Shown here piece after piece: positions 11,801-20,997 of a DNA stretch of 64,000 nucleotides; the first letter of the stretch is position 1; each line of letters starts with the position of its first letter. The stretch is from positions 238,021 through 302,020 of the forward strand of contig CAURDR010000001.1 of assembly GCA_963523995.1 (NCBI GenBank). The letters are read 5' to 3'. The notes under the pieces are model-generated. The model was not told the DNA's origin. It saw only the letters and a program-made list of their open reading frames with translations, and made no database searches. Source of the stretch: an uncultured Candidatus Saccharibacteria bacterium. GTDB lineage: Bacteria; Patescibacteriota; Saccharimonadia; Saccharimonadales; Saccharimonadaceae. The position numbers and the translations under genes were made by a program.

Positions 11801-12568
11801 TCGGCGCATCCGCTTGATAGATATGAAACGTATTTGAGCGAGCAAACTCAACCATTGACGCAATTAGTTCCTGAGTACGATAGTCGAATGATGACGGTCG
11901 GGGGAATTATTAGCACCGTTCGTACAATTGTCACAAAAAGCGGTTCGAAAATGGCGTTCGTGGGAATTGAGGATAAATTCGGTGAGGGTGAAATAATTGT
12001 CTTTCCAAATCTGTATGAAAAAGTTGGCGCTAAGCTGGTTCAGGACGCAGTGATTCGAGTTTCTGGTAAAAATTCAGCTCGAGATCGTGACGGAAATTTG
12101 GGCAATGAAAGTAAACTAATTGCTGATGATATTATCGTGATTACGGATAACGATATCAATGGCTATGAGTCTACTGGTCGTAAAATGGATGCACCAAAAA
12201 TTAGCTCTGCTGTAAAAAAAGAGCGCCGTGAAGCTTATCGTAATCAGAAAAATGGGGCTTCTCCGAAGTCTGCCGTAAAGAATGACGCCGCCAAATCGCA
12301 GCCAAAAACTCATTCGGCGCCTGTTAATGTTGCGCCAGAAATTCCCGCTTCAAAGTTATTTGTGTATATTAAAGACCCGAATGACCATTCGCGGTTAGTG
12401 AAAATGAAGTCTGTTTGCGGCGAGAATGCTGGCACGACTGATGTGGTTTTGGTATTGGGCGAGAAAGAGAAATCAGCCATGCGCCTGCCGTTTAAGGTGG
12501 ATGCTAATGACAATTTATTAAGCCAATTAAAAAACACTCTGGGTGAAGAGTGTGTAGTTTTAAAGTGA
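8828..12568 (+). CDS. dnaE: DNA polymerase III alpha subunit
   Basis: PHP domain HLHNHT/TDHG, GPGRGSAAGS, PDIDVD, FNKSHA, OB fold; start set at ATG 8828. Confidence 0.98.
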   Translation: MTEGTSEQSSSAALKPSDFVHLHNHTFHSVLDGLTKIHDLVDKVKELGMEAAAVTDHGTMSGILDYYKTAKKAGIKPIIGIETYVATRSRFDRDPGKDKQRFHLTVLAMNNTGFHNLMKLSTRANLEGMYYKPRIDHELLEELNEGLIVLSGCASGEIGVALKEDDYDRAREIAKWYKSIFGDRYYLELQDHGHPKSNTHWDVQAKINEGLIKLSKELDIEMVVTCDGHYLTHEYQDAHEILLCVGTGSYLSDEKRMSLKDFELHLTDPRDIIDHWGEEFPEVIRNTKKIADRCDVEIELGRILIPKYPLPDGENEHSYLLRLTYQGLLQRYNGASKEEAEKLDPDEIIPRLSDEVRERAEMELGVMGNMGYEGYFLIVQDFINWGKSQGIVFGPGRGSAAGSIVAYALNITDLDPLKYGLLFERFLNPDRISMPDIDVDIQDTRRDEVIEYCAKKYGEDHVSNIATFGKMFGRMAVRDVARVLEVPYAESDRLAKLVPPPSQGRHIPLSVSIKEDADLRNEYENNPTAKEVLDYAIQLEGTIRSHGVHACGVVIAPDTLANYIPLEMAQKGVVATQFPMGEVEELGLLKMDFLGLSNLTIINNAMRIIRKAYKKEINLSELPLDDEKTYELFQRGDTTGVFQLESAGMKRYLRGLKPTTFEDIIAMVALYRPGPMQFIDSFIRRKHGEEEITYLHSGMKNSLKNTYGILVYQEQFMQISKEWCGFTGGQADTLRKAVGKKKIDLMKKVKPEFVEGAVKVGGATKEIAETFWTQLEEFANYCFNKSHAACYGLIAYWTAYLKAHYPDAFMAALMTSDHDDTDRLAIEITECKHMGISVLSPDVNESFVEFAVVPNENKIRFGMSAVKGVGVGAVEEVLRAREDGPFTSVEDFARRVSTSKFNRKAWESLIKSGAFDDMGDRSDLLFNLDSITSFASKLQKEAASGQTNLFGMLGGDDAASVQSTLHLQKAPVKHDDKERLMWERELLGLYISAHPLDRYETYLSEQTQPLTQLVPEYDSRMMTVGGIISTVRTIVTKSGSKMAFVGIEDKFGEGEIIVFPNLYEKVGAKLVQDAVIRVSGKNSARDRDGNLGNESKLIADDIIVITDNDINGYESTGRKMDAPKISSAVKKERREAYRNQKNGASPKSAVKNDAAKSQPKTHSAPVNVAPEIPASKLFVYIKDPNDHSRLVKMKSVCGENAGTTDVVLVLGEKEKSAMRLPFKVDANDNLLSQLKNTLGEECVVLK

Positions 12569-12637
12569 TAGTTAGCCCGCTGACAGAGGCCTCAGCCGGA
12601 GCTGGTTGCTCTGGCGGGCTAACTATCTGTCAGCGGG
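12567..12637. terminator. Long hairpin between convergent dnaE and small membrane ORF, with an alternative pairing
   Basis: gatagttagcccgc (12567-80) pairs with gcgggctaactatc (12614-27); cccgctgacaga (12576-87) pairs with tctgtcagcggg (12626-37). Confidence 0.7.
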
Positions 12638-12926
12638 ACTTATTGTCCCGCAGTTCATTCCTCACTTCGCTGCGACCCTTCTCATAAAGAACGATATATG
12701 TGAGGGTTGTTGTACAGTACCACATGAGTATCAGTACCGTGTGGTACTGTGGGCGTAGTGATGCTTCCGCTGCCATATAGTATGCGAAAAACGCAGTCAG
12801 CCATGTCGCTGAAGCGATGGCTAGCGTATGTATCTTCAGGCTGACGCCTGAAGGTGATACGTACCCATACCACGCGATGTACATAGTACACATGATTGTA
12901 AGAATGAGCGCAATGTCAAATGACAT
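12630..12926 (-). CDS. Small orphan 3-TM membrane protein (98 aa, MSFDIAL...)
   Basis: ATG 12926 after GGAAGGA SD; own promoter TTGACT(13017-12)-17 nt-TATATT(12994-89). Confidence 0.65.
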   Translation of the reverse strand: MSFDIALILTIMCTMYIAWYGYVSPSGVSLKIHTLAIASATWLTAFFAYYMAAEASLRPQYHTVLILMWYCTTTLTYIVLYEKGRSEVRNELRDNKSR

Positions 12927-13055
12927 CTTGTTATTCCTTCCAAGTAGGGGACTACTTTCTCCGGGGGATTCCAGAGAAAGCTCATACAAATATAACACAT
13001 ATGTTTAATAAAGTCAATAATCAGACTTGAGGGATTTATTTATTCGTTGTTGAGA

Positions 13056-13616
13056 TCATCTCATTCTCGGGAAAATCAGTCCGAACAGCGCAATTCCTGT
13101 TGCGACCGACACGTTGAATGATTCTTTTTGGCCGAACATTGGGATTTCTACAGTGAAATCGCAATTGTCTAAAAGTTCCGGCGTGATTCCGTGGACTTCT
13201 TCTCCGAGCAGCAGCGCAAATTTTTCAGGCGGCTGAAATTCTGATAGCACCACACTGTCTTTTGATTGCTCCAGCGCGATAATTGGCAAGTTTTCTGTTC
13301 GCTGATTCTCTTTAATCCAATCATTGATATCCTCGTAAAACTCAAATGGCACCAAACTTTCCGCACCTAAGGCTGTTTTATGAATTTGGCTGGTGATTTT
13401 CTCGCGAATGTGTGGCAGGCGAGGATCTTCAGATCGAATTTCTCCATCGATAAGCGCACAAGCAGGCGCCTTGCTACATAAACTCAATTCTGGATACGGC
13501 GTGTAACCACTAAGAATAATCTTCTTCACACCAAATCCTTCGGCTGTGCGAAAAATTGCCCCAACGTTATGTGTTGAGCGAATATTGTGGACTAACAGAG
13601 TAATTTCTGGATTCAT
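13056..13616 (-). CDS. TrmH/SpoU family RNA methyltransferase
   Basis: HNIRSTHNVGAIFRTA, LGEEVHG, IPMFGQKESFNVSVA. Confidence 0.92.
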   Translation of the reverse strand: MNPEITLLVHNIRSTHNVGAIFRTAEGFGVKKIILSGYTPYPELSLCSKAPACALIDGEIRSEDPRLPHIREKITSQIHKTALGAESLVPFEFYEDINDWIKENQRTENLPIIALEQSKDSVVLSEFQPPEKFALLLGEEVHGITPELLDNCDFTVEIPMFGQKESFNVSVATGIALFGLIFPRMR

Positions 13617-13667
13617 ATCACTATTATATCACTCGTAAAACCGTAAGCTTTTTGGTATAATTTTCAT

Positions 13668-15290
13668 ATGGACGAAGATAAAATTCAGGCGCGACGCCGT
13701 GAGCAAGATGAGGAAGCGACTCGTCGTCGAGCGTCAATTTTAGGACTTCAATATCTTGATGGGCGGGAATTTGAAGATACTTTACCTTTGCTTAAGGATG
13801 TTTTAACGATAGAAGAGATGTACAAAGGCAGGCTGGTCCCGTTAGTCTTTAACGAGGAAGACCAATCTTATCGATTTGGCGTTACATCGCAAACTTCTGA
13901 ATCGTTGATGAAGCGGATGCGAGATCAGTATGTTGAAAATGGCAAGCGAATCTTCTTCTTCTTAATTTCTGGTTCGGCGTTTCGGTCAATTATGCTTAGG
14001 TTTGATCCGCCAAAAAAAGTGATTTACGATAACATCGAAATTGCCAAGGAAGGTGATAGCGATACTCTGGCGCAGGTTACTCAGACTTTGGCTTCCGTGG
14101 GCACGAATGACGTGTTTAATTATTTGATTGACCAAGCGGATCTATTGGGCGCGTCGGATATTCACATCGAAAATCAGCGTGAGTCGATTCGAATTCGTAT
14201 GCGTGTTGACGGAGCTTTGCATACGGTGGCGGAACTTAGCAGAGATAGATATCGAGTGATTATGGCGACTTTGGCGTCGCGCGCGAATATTTCTACCGCT
14301 TCCAGAGAGCCCCAGTCTGGACATATGCAGCAGGAAATTCATAGAGATGGCGTATCGCACGTGCTGAATTTGCGTGTGGAAGCCGTGATGACGGTGTACG
14401 GTTTGGATCTGGTACTTCGATTGTTTAACTTTGATGAGTCAATGTTGAACTTGGATCTATTGAGCATTTCAAAGAAAGAGCGCGAGCAAATCGATGAAGT
14501 TATTTCTCATCCGCGCGGGATGTTGTTGATGGTTGGTCCTACTGGTTCAGGAAAATCCACGACGCTATATAGCATTTTGAACGCTCTTAATACTCAGGAT
14601 CGAAAGATTATCACGCTGGAAGATCCTGTAGAAAATACGATTCCTGGGATTGCTCAGATTCCAATTGATACGACAAATGGACAGAGGTTTGCTGACGGTT
14701 TGCGCAGTGTTTTGCGTCTTGACCCAGACGTGGTGATGGTCGGTGAGATTCGCGACAATGAAACCGCGAAGACTGCGATTCAGGCGTCAATTACGGGACA
14801 TTTGGTGCTGTCCAGCTTTCACGCCAATTCAACTGCGGCGGCGTTTAGCCGTATGATCGATATGATTGGACAAAACCCGATTTTTAGCTCGGCGGTTCGG
14901 CTGGTGATTGCTCAGCGGCTGGTGAGGAGATTGTGGGATGATAGTAAGGAAGAATATGAGCCAGATGAGGCGACTCGTAAATGGGTAAAAGAGGTTTTGA
15001 AAGATTTGCCAGAGAATGTTGATTGTCCAGATTTGGATACGTTTAAGCTTTGGCGTGCGGTGCCGACAGACGACGTGCCGTTCGGTTACAAGGGGCGAAT
15101 TCCAGTAATGGAGCAGTTGGTTGTGAGCGAGAACATTCAGAAATTCTTGCGCGGCGATGTCGAGGATGTTCACACGGAAGCGATTGAAAAGGCTGCAAAA
15201 GAAGACGGCATGGTGACATTGCTTCAGGCTGGCGTGTTGGCGGCTCTTCGTGGTGAAACGACATTAGAAGAAGTCAATAGAGTAATATAA
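13668..15290 (+). CDS. PilB/GspE-family type IV pilus assembly ATPase
   Basis: ASDIHIE, GPTGSGKSTT, TLEDPVE, LRLDPDVVMVGEIRD, TGHLVLSSFH. Confidence 0.92.
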   Translation: MDEDKIQARRREQDEEATRRRASILGLQYLDGREFEDTLPLLKDVLTIEEMYKGRLVPLVFNEEDQSYRFGVTSQTSESLMKRMRDQYVENGKRIFFFLISGSAFRSIMLRFDPPKKVIYDNIEIAKEGDSDTLAQVTQTLASVGTNDVFNYLIDQADLLGASDIHIENQRESIRIRMRVDGALHTVAELSRDRYRVIMATLASRANISTASREPQSGHMQQEIHRDGVSHVLNLRVEAVMTVYGLDLVLRLFNFDESMLNLDLLSISKKEREQIDEVISHPRGMLLMVGPTGSGKSTTLYSILNALNTQDRKIITLEDPVENTIPGIAQIPIDTTNGQRFADGLRSVLRLDPDVVMVGEIRDNETAKTAIQASITGHLVLSSFHANSTAAAFSRMIDMIGQNPIFSSAVRLVIAQRLVRRLWDDSKEEYEPDEATRKWVKEVLKDLPENVDCPDLDTFKLWRAVPTDDVPFGYKGRIPVMEQLVVSENIQKFLRGDVEDVHTEAIEKAAKEDGMVTLLQAGVLAALRGETTLEEVNRVI

Positions 15291-15327
15291 TTGACTTTAT
15301 AGCCATAAACTGATAAGATATTAGTTT

Positions 15328-16863
15328 ATGAGCGAAAGACAACGGGATGGTTATGTTGTTAAAGGTGAACTATCTCATACAGAGGATCTTAATAAAAACT
15401 ACATAAGTCAAATTATAGATTATGTAAAGTCTATTATTAAGCATGTACCGTTTCTTGTTGAAGGTGAGGAGTTGCGCGGTGAATATCAAGAATCTTATGG
15501 GAAGGTTCTTGGGTTGTTTCAGCAAATTGAGGAGGAGTATAACAAGCTTCCAGATTGCATAGAGATAGATTTTGATATAGAGGAAGTCAAAGAATCATTA
15601 AGAAGTATATTTAATGGAACATACGAGAAATTTATAAGGGAAAATCTTAGTGTAGTTTTTCCCGAAAATCTGGCGGAAGTGAATATTCCAGAATTTTGCA
15701 AAGCTAAAGAGTATGTGATTCCCGACGTAAGACGATGGCAGCACGCTAATAAAATAATTAGTCCTGAACTTGCAGATCGTGAATATATGAACTTTATCGC
15801 AGAGGCAAGGGAGGCTGTGACTGATAGCCTTACTAAGGATGGGGCTTTTGGTTTACCTGATGATTTTACAATTACTAGACCTGAATACATTCCAGGTAAT
15901 GATGGCAAGATGAAGTTGAGTAGTTTCTTGGAGGACTTTAAGCGTCGGAAACTTAAGGAGGTTGAAGATGAGGAATGTAATGGTATTAATCCTGAGGGTG
16001 ATTTAAAATTTGCCAACAGTGTTCTTGAGTTTATAAAATCCATAAAATTGCCAAGCGAAGAGGAACTAGCCAAGCAGTATAAAGACGCGACAATTAAGGA
16101 AAACAGTCCAGTGGTTCGTAGTCTTGCTGAATCTATGGCTAAAGAGCATCTGAGTGGGGCTTTAGACAACGCCCTGAGGGTGCTTTCGGAGAAATTGAAT
16201 AGCTATGAAGTGGCACCTAAAATCGCTACTGAATCTTTGAATAAGGCGAAGAAGAGAAAGAAGCAATCACGCCAGGATAATTGTGAGGTGAGTGATCAGA
16301 ATATTAAGGCTACTGAGGTTAACTTGAAGGTCGGGGATTATATAGAGCTTAGTCACGAAACATTTCCGTGGTTAGATGATGAAATGGCTAAGGTTTTATA
16401 TATTAAGAGAAGCGGTAATGGCGTTACGGTAGTAGTCGATGCTCGTACTGAAGCAGCCAAGAGAATTGAACACAGAATGTCTGGCTATGAGACAAAGAAA
16501 AAGCAGAAGAGTATTTTGCCCAGTCTTTATAATAAATTAAAATTAGCGGCAGAAATTGTTGCAACGTCAGATTCTGGATTACGTGATTCTTGGACGACCT
16601 TAAGATATCGAGATAAAAATAAGTATCCTTTTAGTATCTTTAGCTGGAAAGCCCAAACATCTGACGCACTAAGGATGTATGTGTCGCACATCGCTATGGA
16701 TAAGGTGGATGATGAGTCTGTGAGAAAGATACTAGAAGAGAACGGTGTAACTCATTTATTAATGCTTTTGGGTGCTTGCGACAAAAATAACCAGGAAGAA
16801 TTATTGCCAGTATTTACTGGGCGGACTAGGCGCATTGAGGCAGCTGACGGTGCTGGTGTTTAG
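15328..16863 (+). CDS. Hypothetical 511-aa protein, AT-rich; possible RelE/HigB-like C-terminal region
   Basis: Long ORF with its own TTGACT...TAAGAT promoter; C-terminal ALRMY...LLGACDKNNQE. Confidence 0.7.
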   Translation: MSERQRDGYVVKGELSHTEDLNKNYISQIIDYVKSIIKHVPFLVEGEELRGEYQESYGKVLGLFQQIEEEYNKLPDCIEIDFDIEEVKESLRSIFNGTYEKFIRENLSVVFPENLAEVNIPEFCKAKEYVIPDVRRWQHANKIISPELADREYMNFIAEAREAVTDSLTKDGAFGLPDDFTITRPEYIPGNDGKMKLSSFLEDFKRRKLKEVEDEECNGINPEGDLKFANSVLEFIKSIKLPSEEELAKQYKDATIKENSPVVRSLAESMAKEHLSGALDNALRVLSEKLNSYEVAPKIATESLNKAKKRKKQSRQDNCEVSDQNIKATEVNLKVGDYIELSHETFPWLDDEMAKVLYIKRSGNGVTVVVDARTEAAKRIEHRMSGYETKKKQKSILPSLYNKLKLAAEIVATSDSGLRDSWTTLRYRDKNKYPFSIFSWKAQTSDALRMYVSHIAMDKVDDESVRKILEENGVTHLLMLLGACDKNNQEELLPVFTGRTRRIEAADGAGV

Positions 16864-16865
16864 GC

Positions 16866-17999
16866 TTATCTAATGACATTCGCAACAGCTTCAACAACGC
16901 CTTCATCAAATGCGGTTGGGACGACTTTATCGACGGTTGGATTTTCGACTAGGTTAGCCAATGCTTCAGCAGCCGCCAATTTGTGCTGATCGGTGATTTT
17001 CTTAACTCCGTGATCTAATGCGCCGCGGAAAATTCCAGGGAAGGCCAGGGAGTTGTTGACTTGGTTTGGAAAGTCGCTACGACCCGTGCCGATGATTGCT
17101 ACGCCGGCTTCTTTGGCGACATCTGGCATAATCTCTGGAACAGGATTTGCTAGTGCGAATACGATTGGATCCCTCGCCATTTTTTTGACTAATTCTGGAG
17201 TGAGAAGTCCTGCACGCGATACACCAATGAATATGTCTGCGTCGGTGGTGGCGTCTTCAATTGAGCCAGATTGTGATGCGTCGACGTATTCCAATAGCGC
17301 GGTTTTTTCAGCGTTCAAATCTGTGCGTGATTTTCCGACAATTCCTCGGCTATCCACCGCTACGATGTTTTTTGCTCCGTAAAGATTTAACAATTTGATG
17401 ATTGCCGTGCCAGCTGCGCCTGCGCCGATGACCACGAATTTGCAATCCGCCAGGTTTCGTCCTGTCAATTTAGCGGCGTTAATTAAGCCTGCCAACACAA
17501 CGACAGCCGTGCCGTGTTGGTCATCGTGGAAGACTGGAATATCTAATTCTGCCTTCAATCGCTCTTCAATTTCAAAGCATTTTGGCGCGGCGATGTCTTC
17601 GAGGTTGATGGCGCCGAAGCTTGGCGCGATGGCTTTAACCGTGGCAATGATTTCTTCTGGCTCGTGAACGTCTAACACAATTGGCACTGCGTCGACATCG
17701 GCAAAATGCTTAAATAGCAAAGCTTTTCCTTCCATGACTGGCATGGCGGCTTTTGGTCCCAAATTACCTAAGCCCAAAATTGCTGAGCCGTCTGAGATTA
17801 CGGCGACTAGATTGTTTGTCCAAGTGTACTTTGGTAAATCGGCTGGATTTTCGGCAATTGCTTGGCTGACTGCGCCGACGCCAGGGCTGTAATAAGCGCT
17901 AAGCTTGTCGCGATTAAGCTCTTCTTTATCTCTGAGGCTAGTCGTAATTTTACCTTTGTATTTTTCGTGTAGTTCGAGTGCTAATTTATTGTAATCCAT
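16866..17999 (-). CDS. NAD(P)-dependent malic enzyme
   Basis: YSPGV, ISDGSAILGLG, INLEDIAAP, FHDDQHGTA, GAGAAG, TGRSDFPNQVNN. Confidence 0.93.
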   Translation of the reverse strand: MDYNKLALELHEKYKGKITTSLRDKEELNRDKLSAYYSPGVGAVSQAIAENPADLPKYTWTNNLVAVISDGSAILGLGNLGPKAAMPVMEGKALLFKHFADVDAVPIVLDVHEPEEIIATVKAIAPSFGAINLEDIAAPKCFEIEERLKAELDIPVFHDDQHGTAVVVLAGLINAAKLTGRNLADCKFVVIGAGAAGTAIIKLLNLYGAKNIVAVDSRGIVGKSRTDLNAEKTALLEYVDASQSGSIEDATTDADIFIGVSRAGLLTPELVKKMARDPIVFALANPVPEIMPDVAKEAGVAIIGTGRSDFPNQVNNSLAFPGIFRGALDHGVKKITDQHKLAAAEALANLVENPTVDKVVPTAFDEGVVEAVANVIR

Positions 18000-18085
18000 A
18001 ACTATATTATACTCCAATTTTATTTAATTGATATTTCTTTAGATTTGTGTTATTATCTTATGTAATTGTACGAGAGTTAAATATT

Positions 18086-18146
18086 CGAGCCTTGTTTGAC
18101 ATGGAGCCGCAGAGGTACAACTGCGTGGCCAGTCGGAGCGAGTTCG
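18086..18146 (+). promoter_or_regulatory. Structured 5' leader of rplS (candidate L19 autoregulatory element)
   Basis: Nested imperfect stems cgagccttgtttgac/gtcggagcgagttcg and cgcag/ctgcg. Confidence 0.4.
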
Positions 18147-18163
18147 GAAGATAGGAAAAAATT

Positions 18164-18685
18164 ATGAGTTTTGGGTTAATCAACAAAATCAACCAAGCAC
18201 AAAAAAAGCAAGCAGTTGTCGATGCTCGCAGCGGTGACACAGTTCGTGTTTACCAGAAAATTAAGGAAGGCAACAAAGAGCGTATTCAGATGTTCGAGGG
18301 CGTTGTTATCCGCACCGACAATAAAAAATCACACACATCACGCATTACGGTTCGAAAGATCGCTTCGGGTGTTGGTGTTGAGAAGTCATTCTTGATACAC
18401 AGTCCGCTAATTGAGAAGATTGAAATTGTTCGACGCGCTAAGGTTCGCCGCAAGTTCTTAAGCTTCCTTCGCCAGCGTAGCGGTAAGTCAGCTCGCTTGA
18501 CGGCTAAGAATTTCGATCGCGCTGCTGTTAATGATATTCATGACGCTAAGGCAGAAGCGGAAGCTGAACGCTTGAAGGAAGAAGCTGCTCAGGCTGCTGC
18601 TGCAAAACAAGCTGAAAAAGATGCCGCTCAGGCTGAACTTGACGCTAAGGCCGCTGAAGTTGCAGCTCGCCATAAAGACGCGTAA
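18164..18685 (+). CDS. rplS: 50S ribosomal protein L19 with Ala/Glu/Lys-rich C-terminal extension
   Basis: GDTVRVYQKIKEGNKERIQMFEGVVI, TVRKIASGVGVEK. Confidence 0.96.
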   Translation: MSFGLINKINQAQKKQAVVDARSGDTVRVYQKIKEGNKERIQMFEGVVIRTDNKKSHTSRITVRKIASGVGVEKSFLIHSPLIEKIEIVRRAKVRRKFLSFLRQRSGKSARLTAKNFDRAAVNDIHDAKAEAEAERLKEEAAQAAAAKQAEKDAAQAELDAKAAEVAARHKDA

Positions 18686-18705
18686 TTGTCAATTGGCTAA
18701 TCGTT

Positions 18706-18735
18706 AAAACCGTCTCTTAATTTGAGGCGGTTTTC
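18706..18735 (+). terminator. Intrinsic terminator after rplS
   Basis: aaaaccgtctc...gaggcggtttt. Confidence 0.7.
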
Positions 18736-18753
18736 TCATGTTATAATCTCAAT

Positions 18754-19251
18754 ATGGCAATATTTCATTATATATCCGTCCTTGTTCCGACGACTTTAGC
18801 TGTGGCGACGCCTTACGTTTTGAGAAGAAACGGCTTTGATAATGAGAAAAAATATCGCTGGCTACTTTACGCAGCGTGTTTGTTGTTCTTCATATCTTGG
18901 TATTTGCCATCGCCGTTAATTGACGGACAGGACACTAGTTTTACGACGCACTTTGTGGGCGGTGGGCTATTTACGGGGCTATTCTGGGCGTATTTGGTTT
19001 CGTCAATTAAATGGCGAGCGCATTGGCTGGTGATGGCGTTTTCAGTCTTCGCTTTAGTTTCGGCGTTGGGTTGTATTAACGAATTGGCGGAATTATTTAT
19101 GGTCAAGGCAGATTTGGCGAGCATAAAATTGGACGACACGAACTGGGATATTTTGGCGAATACATTAGGCGCGGCAACAATTTGGATTGGCTGGATTGTC
19201 GTGGATTTTACGATGAAAAAGGGAAGATTGTCGGGTGATTCTGGGAATTGA
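18754..19251 (+). CDS. Hypothetical membrane protein
   Basis: Several TM segments; THF...NELAE...DTNWDILANTLG pattern (VanZ/DUF2238-like). Confidence 0.7.
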   Translation: MAIFHYISVLVPTTLAVATPYVLRRNGFDNEKKYRWLLYAACLLFFISWYLPSPLIDGQDTSFTTHFVGGGLFTGLFWAYLVSSIKWRAHWLVMAFSVFALVSALGCINELAELFMVKADLASIKLDDTNWDILANTLGAATIWIGWIVVDFTMKKGRLSGDSGN

Positions 19252-20224
19252 TGAAGTCGGGCGCGGCGCGTGGGCGGGACCGTTGGTGATTGGTGCGGTG
19301 GTTTTGGGTGGCGCTGAAATTGAAGGGCTTGATGATAGTAAAAAATTGACCAAAAAACAACGTGAATTGCTCGATGAGGAAATTCGTGAGCAAGCATCGG
19401 CTTGGGCGTTGGGCTGGGTTTCTGCTGAGGAGCTGGATGAAATAGGGATGAGCGAGGCGCTTAAGCTGGCAACGCGGCGCGCAGTTAAAGAAATTCAAGC
19501 GAAATGTCGGAAAAATGGCTCGACGTTTGATGAGATTATTATCGATGGGACGGTCAATTTTTTGGCGGGTACACCGTTAGAAAAGTATGTAACAATTATA
19601 GCGAAAGCCGATGGTCTGATTCCGAGTGTTTCGGCGGCGTCGATTATCGCTAAGGTGGCTCGTGATAAATTTATGGCAGAACAGGATAATGTTTATCCGG
19701 GATATGATTTTTCTTCACACGTTGGCTATGGCGTAGCGAAGCACCGAGCGACTATTGATAATCTGGGTGTGACTCCGCTACATCGGCTAAGTTTTGCGCC
19801 GTTAGCTAAATATGCTAATACTGGGGCGAATTCGCAAAATACGTCTGACGATAGAAAATCTAAAAACCAGCAAAAAGACACGACGCATCAAATTGGCGAT
19901 AAAGGTGAGCAGGCGGCGGCGGATTGGTTGGTGGCTGATGGTCATGAGATCATAGAACGGAATTGGCGAACGCGATATTGCGAAATTGATATTGTTAGTA
20001 AAAAAGATAATGTTTTATATTTTACAGAGGTCAAATATCGTAAAAATGACAATTTCGGCGATGGCTTGGCGGCAATTACAAATAAAAAACAGCAGCAAAT
20101 GCGTTTTTCTGCAGAGATGTTCACTGCCAAAAATACGCAGTATGAAAGCTGTGATATGCAAATGCTGGCAATTTCTGTTGATGGAAATCCGCCCGTAGTC
20201 GAGGAATGCGTAGCACTAGATTAG
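19235..20224 (+). CDS. rnhB: Ribonuclease HII fused to a C-terminal YraN (UPF0102) nuclease domain
   Basis: GIDEVGRG, DDSKKL, SAASIIAKVARD; then GDKGEQAA...ERNWR...EIDIV...FTEVKYR. Confidence 0.92.
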   Translation: MILGIDEVGRGAWAGPLVIGAVVLGGAEIEGLDDSKKLTKKQRELLDEEIREQASAWALGWVSAEELDEIGMSEALKLATRRAVKEIQAKCRKNGSTFDEIIIDGTVNFLAGTPLEKYVTIIAKADGLIPSVSAASIIAKVARDKFMAEQDNVYPGYDFSSHVGYGVAKHRATIDNLGVTPLHRLSFAPLAKYANTGANSQNTSDDRKSKNQQKDTTHQIGDKGEQAAADWLVADGHEIIERNWRTRYCEIDIVSKKDNVLYFTEVKYRKNDNFGDGLAAITNKKQQQMRFSAEMFTAKNTQYESCDMQMLAISVDGNPPVVEECVALD

Positions 20225-20280
20225 GGCATAAAAAATAGCCCCAAATGAGGACTCCTTAACGTTAAGTGTATTAATTATAG

Positions 20281-20335
20281 GGAATGTACGACAAGGCAGT
20301 CGTAGTGAAGAGCAGTCTGCTTCATCGCACATTCC
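20281..20335 (-). repeat. 3' trailer hairpin of cassette C
   Basis: ggaatgtacga/tcgcacattcc stem; contains gacaaggcagtc (20290-20301), complementary to leader 20908-20919. Confidence 0.8.
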
Positions 20336-20344
20336 ATGCGCGGA

Positions 20345-20785
20345 TCAATCCGCAAGCTCAGCAAGCTTTCTGGCGATAGCCAGGTTGCTCTTCTGATACA
20401 AGGGGATCTCCGTTGCGATGAGCTCTCTCAGGTCATGCAAAAAACCACTGTACTGGCTCCAGTAGCATCCTGGCCAATCGGATACGGGCGACTCCCCTTC
20501 CGCTATGGATGAGACTGCGCCTAGTATTTTGTCAATCTTTCCTTGTACTGCCTCCAATGACCCTTCCGGGCCATTATGGCAGATAGAGTCCAGTAGATCT
20601 CGAAGGGCTTCCGAATCCTCCTGGATGTGCGTCTTCTGGAGGTTAGGGTAATCACCCATGATATCGCTGATTCCATTATTATAGGCATTCAGCGTGGATA
20701 CCTTACCCTCCAGGATGCTTGCGTACACGGAGATTGCCTCCGTGTTTTTCGCGCACATGTGACTGAGAATCTCTTTCGTGAGCAT
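20345..20785 (-). CDS. Cassette C cargo protein (146 aa, unknown function)
   Basis: ORF lies between the conserved leader and trailer; purine-rich SD GGAAGGAAAGAG. Confidence 0.8.
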   Translation of the reverse strand: MLTKEILSHMCAKNTEAISVYASILEGKVSTLNAYNNGISDIMGDYPNLQKTHIQEDSEALRDLLDSICHNGPEGSLEAVQGKIDKILGAVSSIAEGESPVSDWPGCYWSQYSGFLHDLRELIATEIPLYQKSNLAIARKLAELAD

Positions 20786-20997
20786 TTTGCTCTTTCCTTC
20801 CTCTCATCCCCACTCGGCTGCGGTGAAGCACTTTTCTTCAGTGCAGGATGAGATCCTATCTCTTTTTGATATTTTTTAAAAAAAGAAATAGAAACTCATC
20901 CTGCAATGACTGCCTTGTCAAAGTGCGCTTTCGGACAATCAACTTGTCAACAAAAGCCACTTTCATTTATATCACTAATAGAATAAAATGTCAATAG
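20786..20997 (-). promoter_or_regulatory. Cassette C promoter and structured 5' leader (diverged copy)
   Basis: TTGACA(20994-89)-17 nt-TATAAA(20971-66); shares ttgtccgaaagcgNactttgaca, tatttcttttt and gatctcat blocks with 53067-53296 and 56360-56593. Confidence 0.85.
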
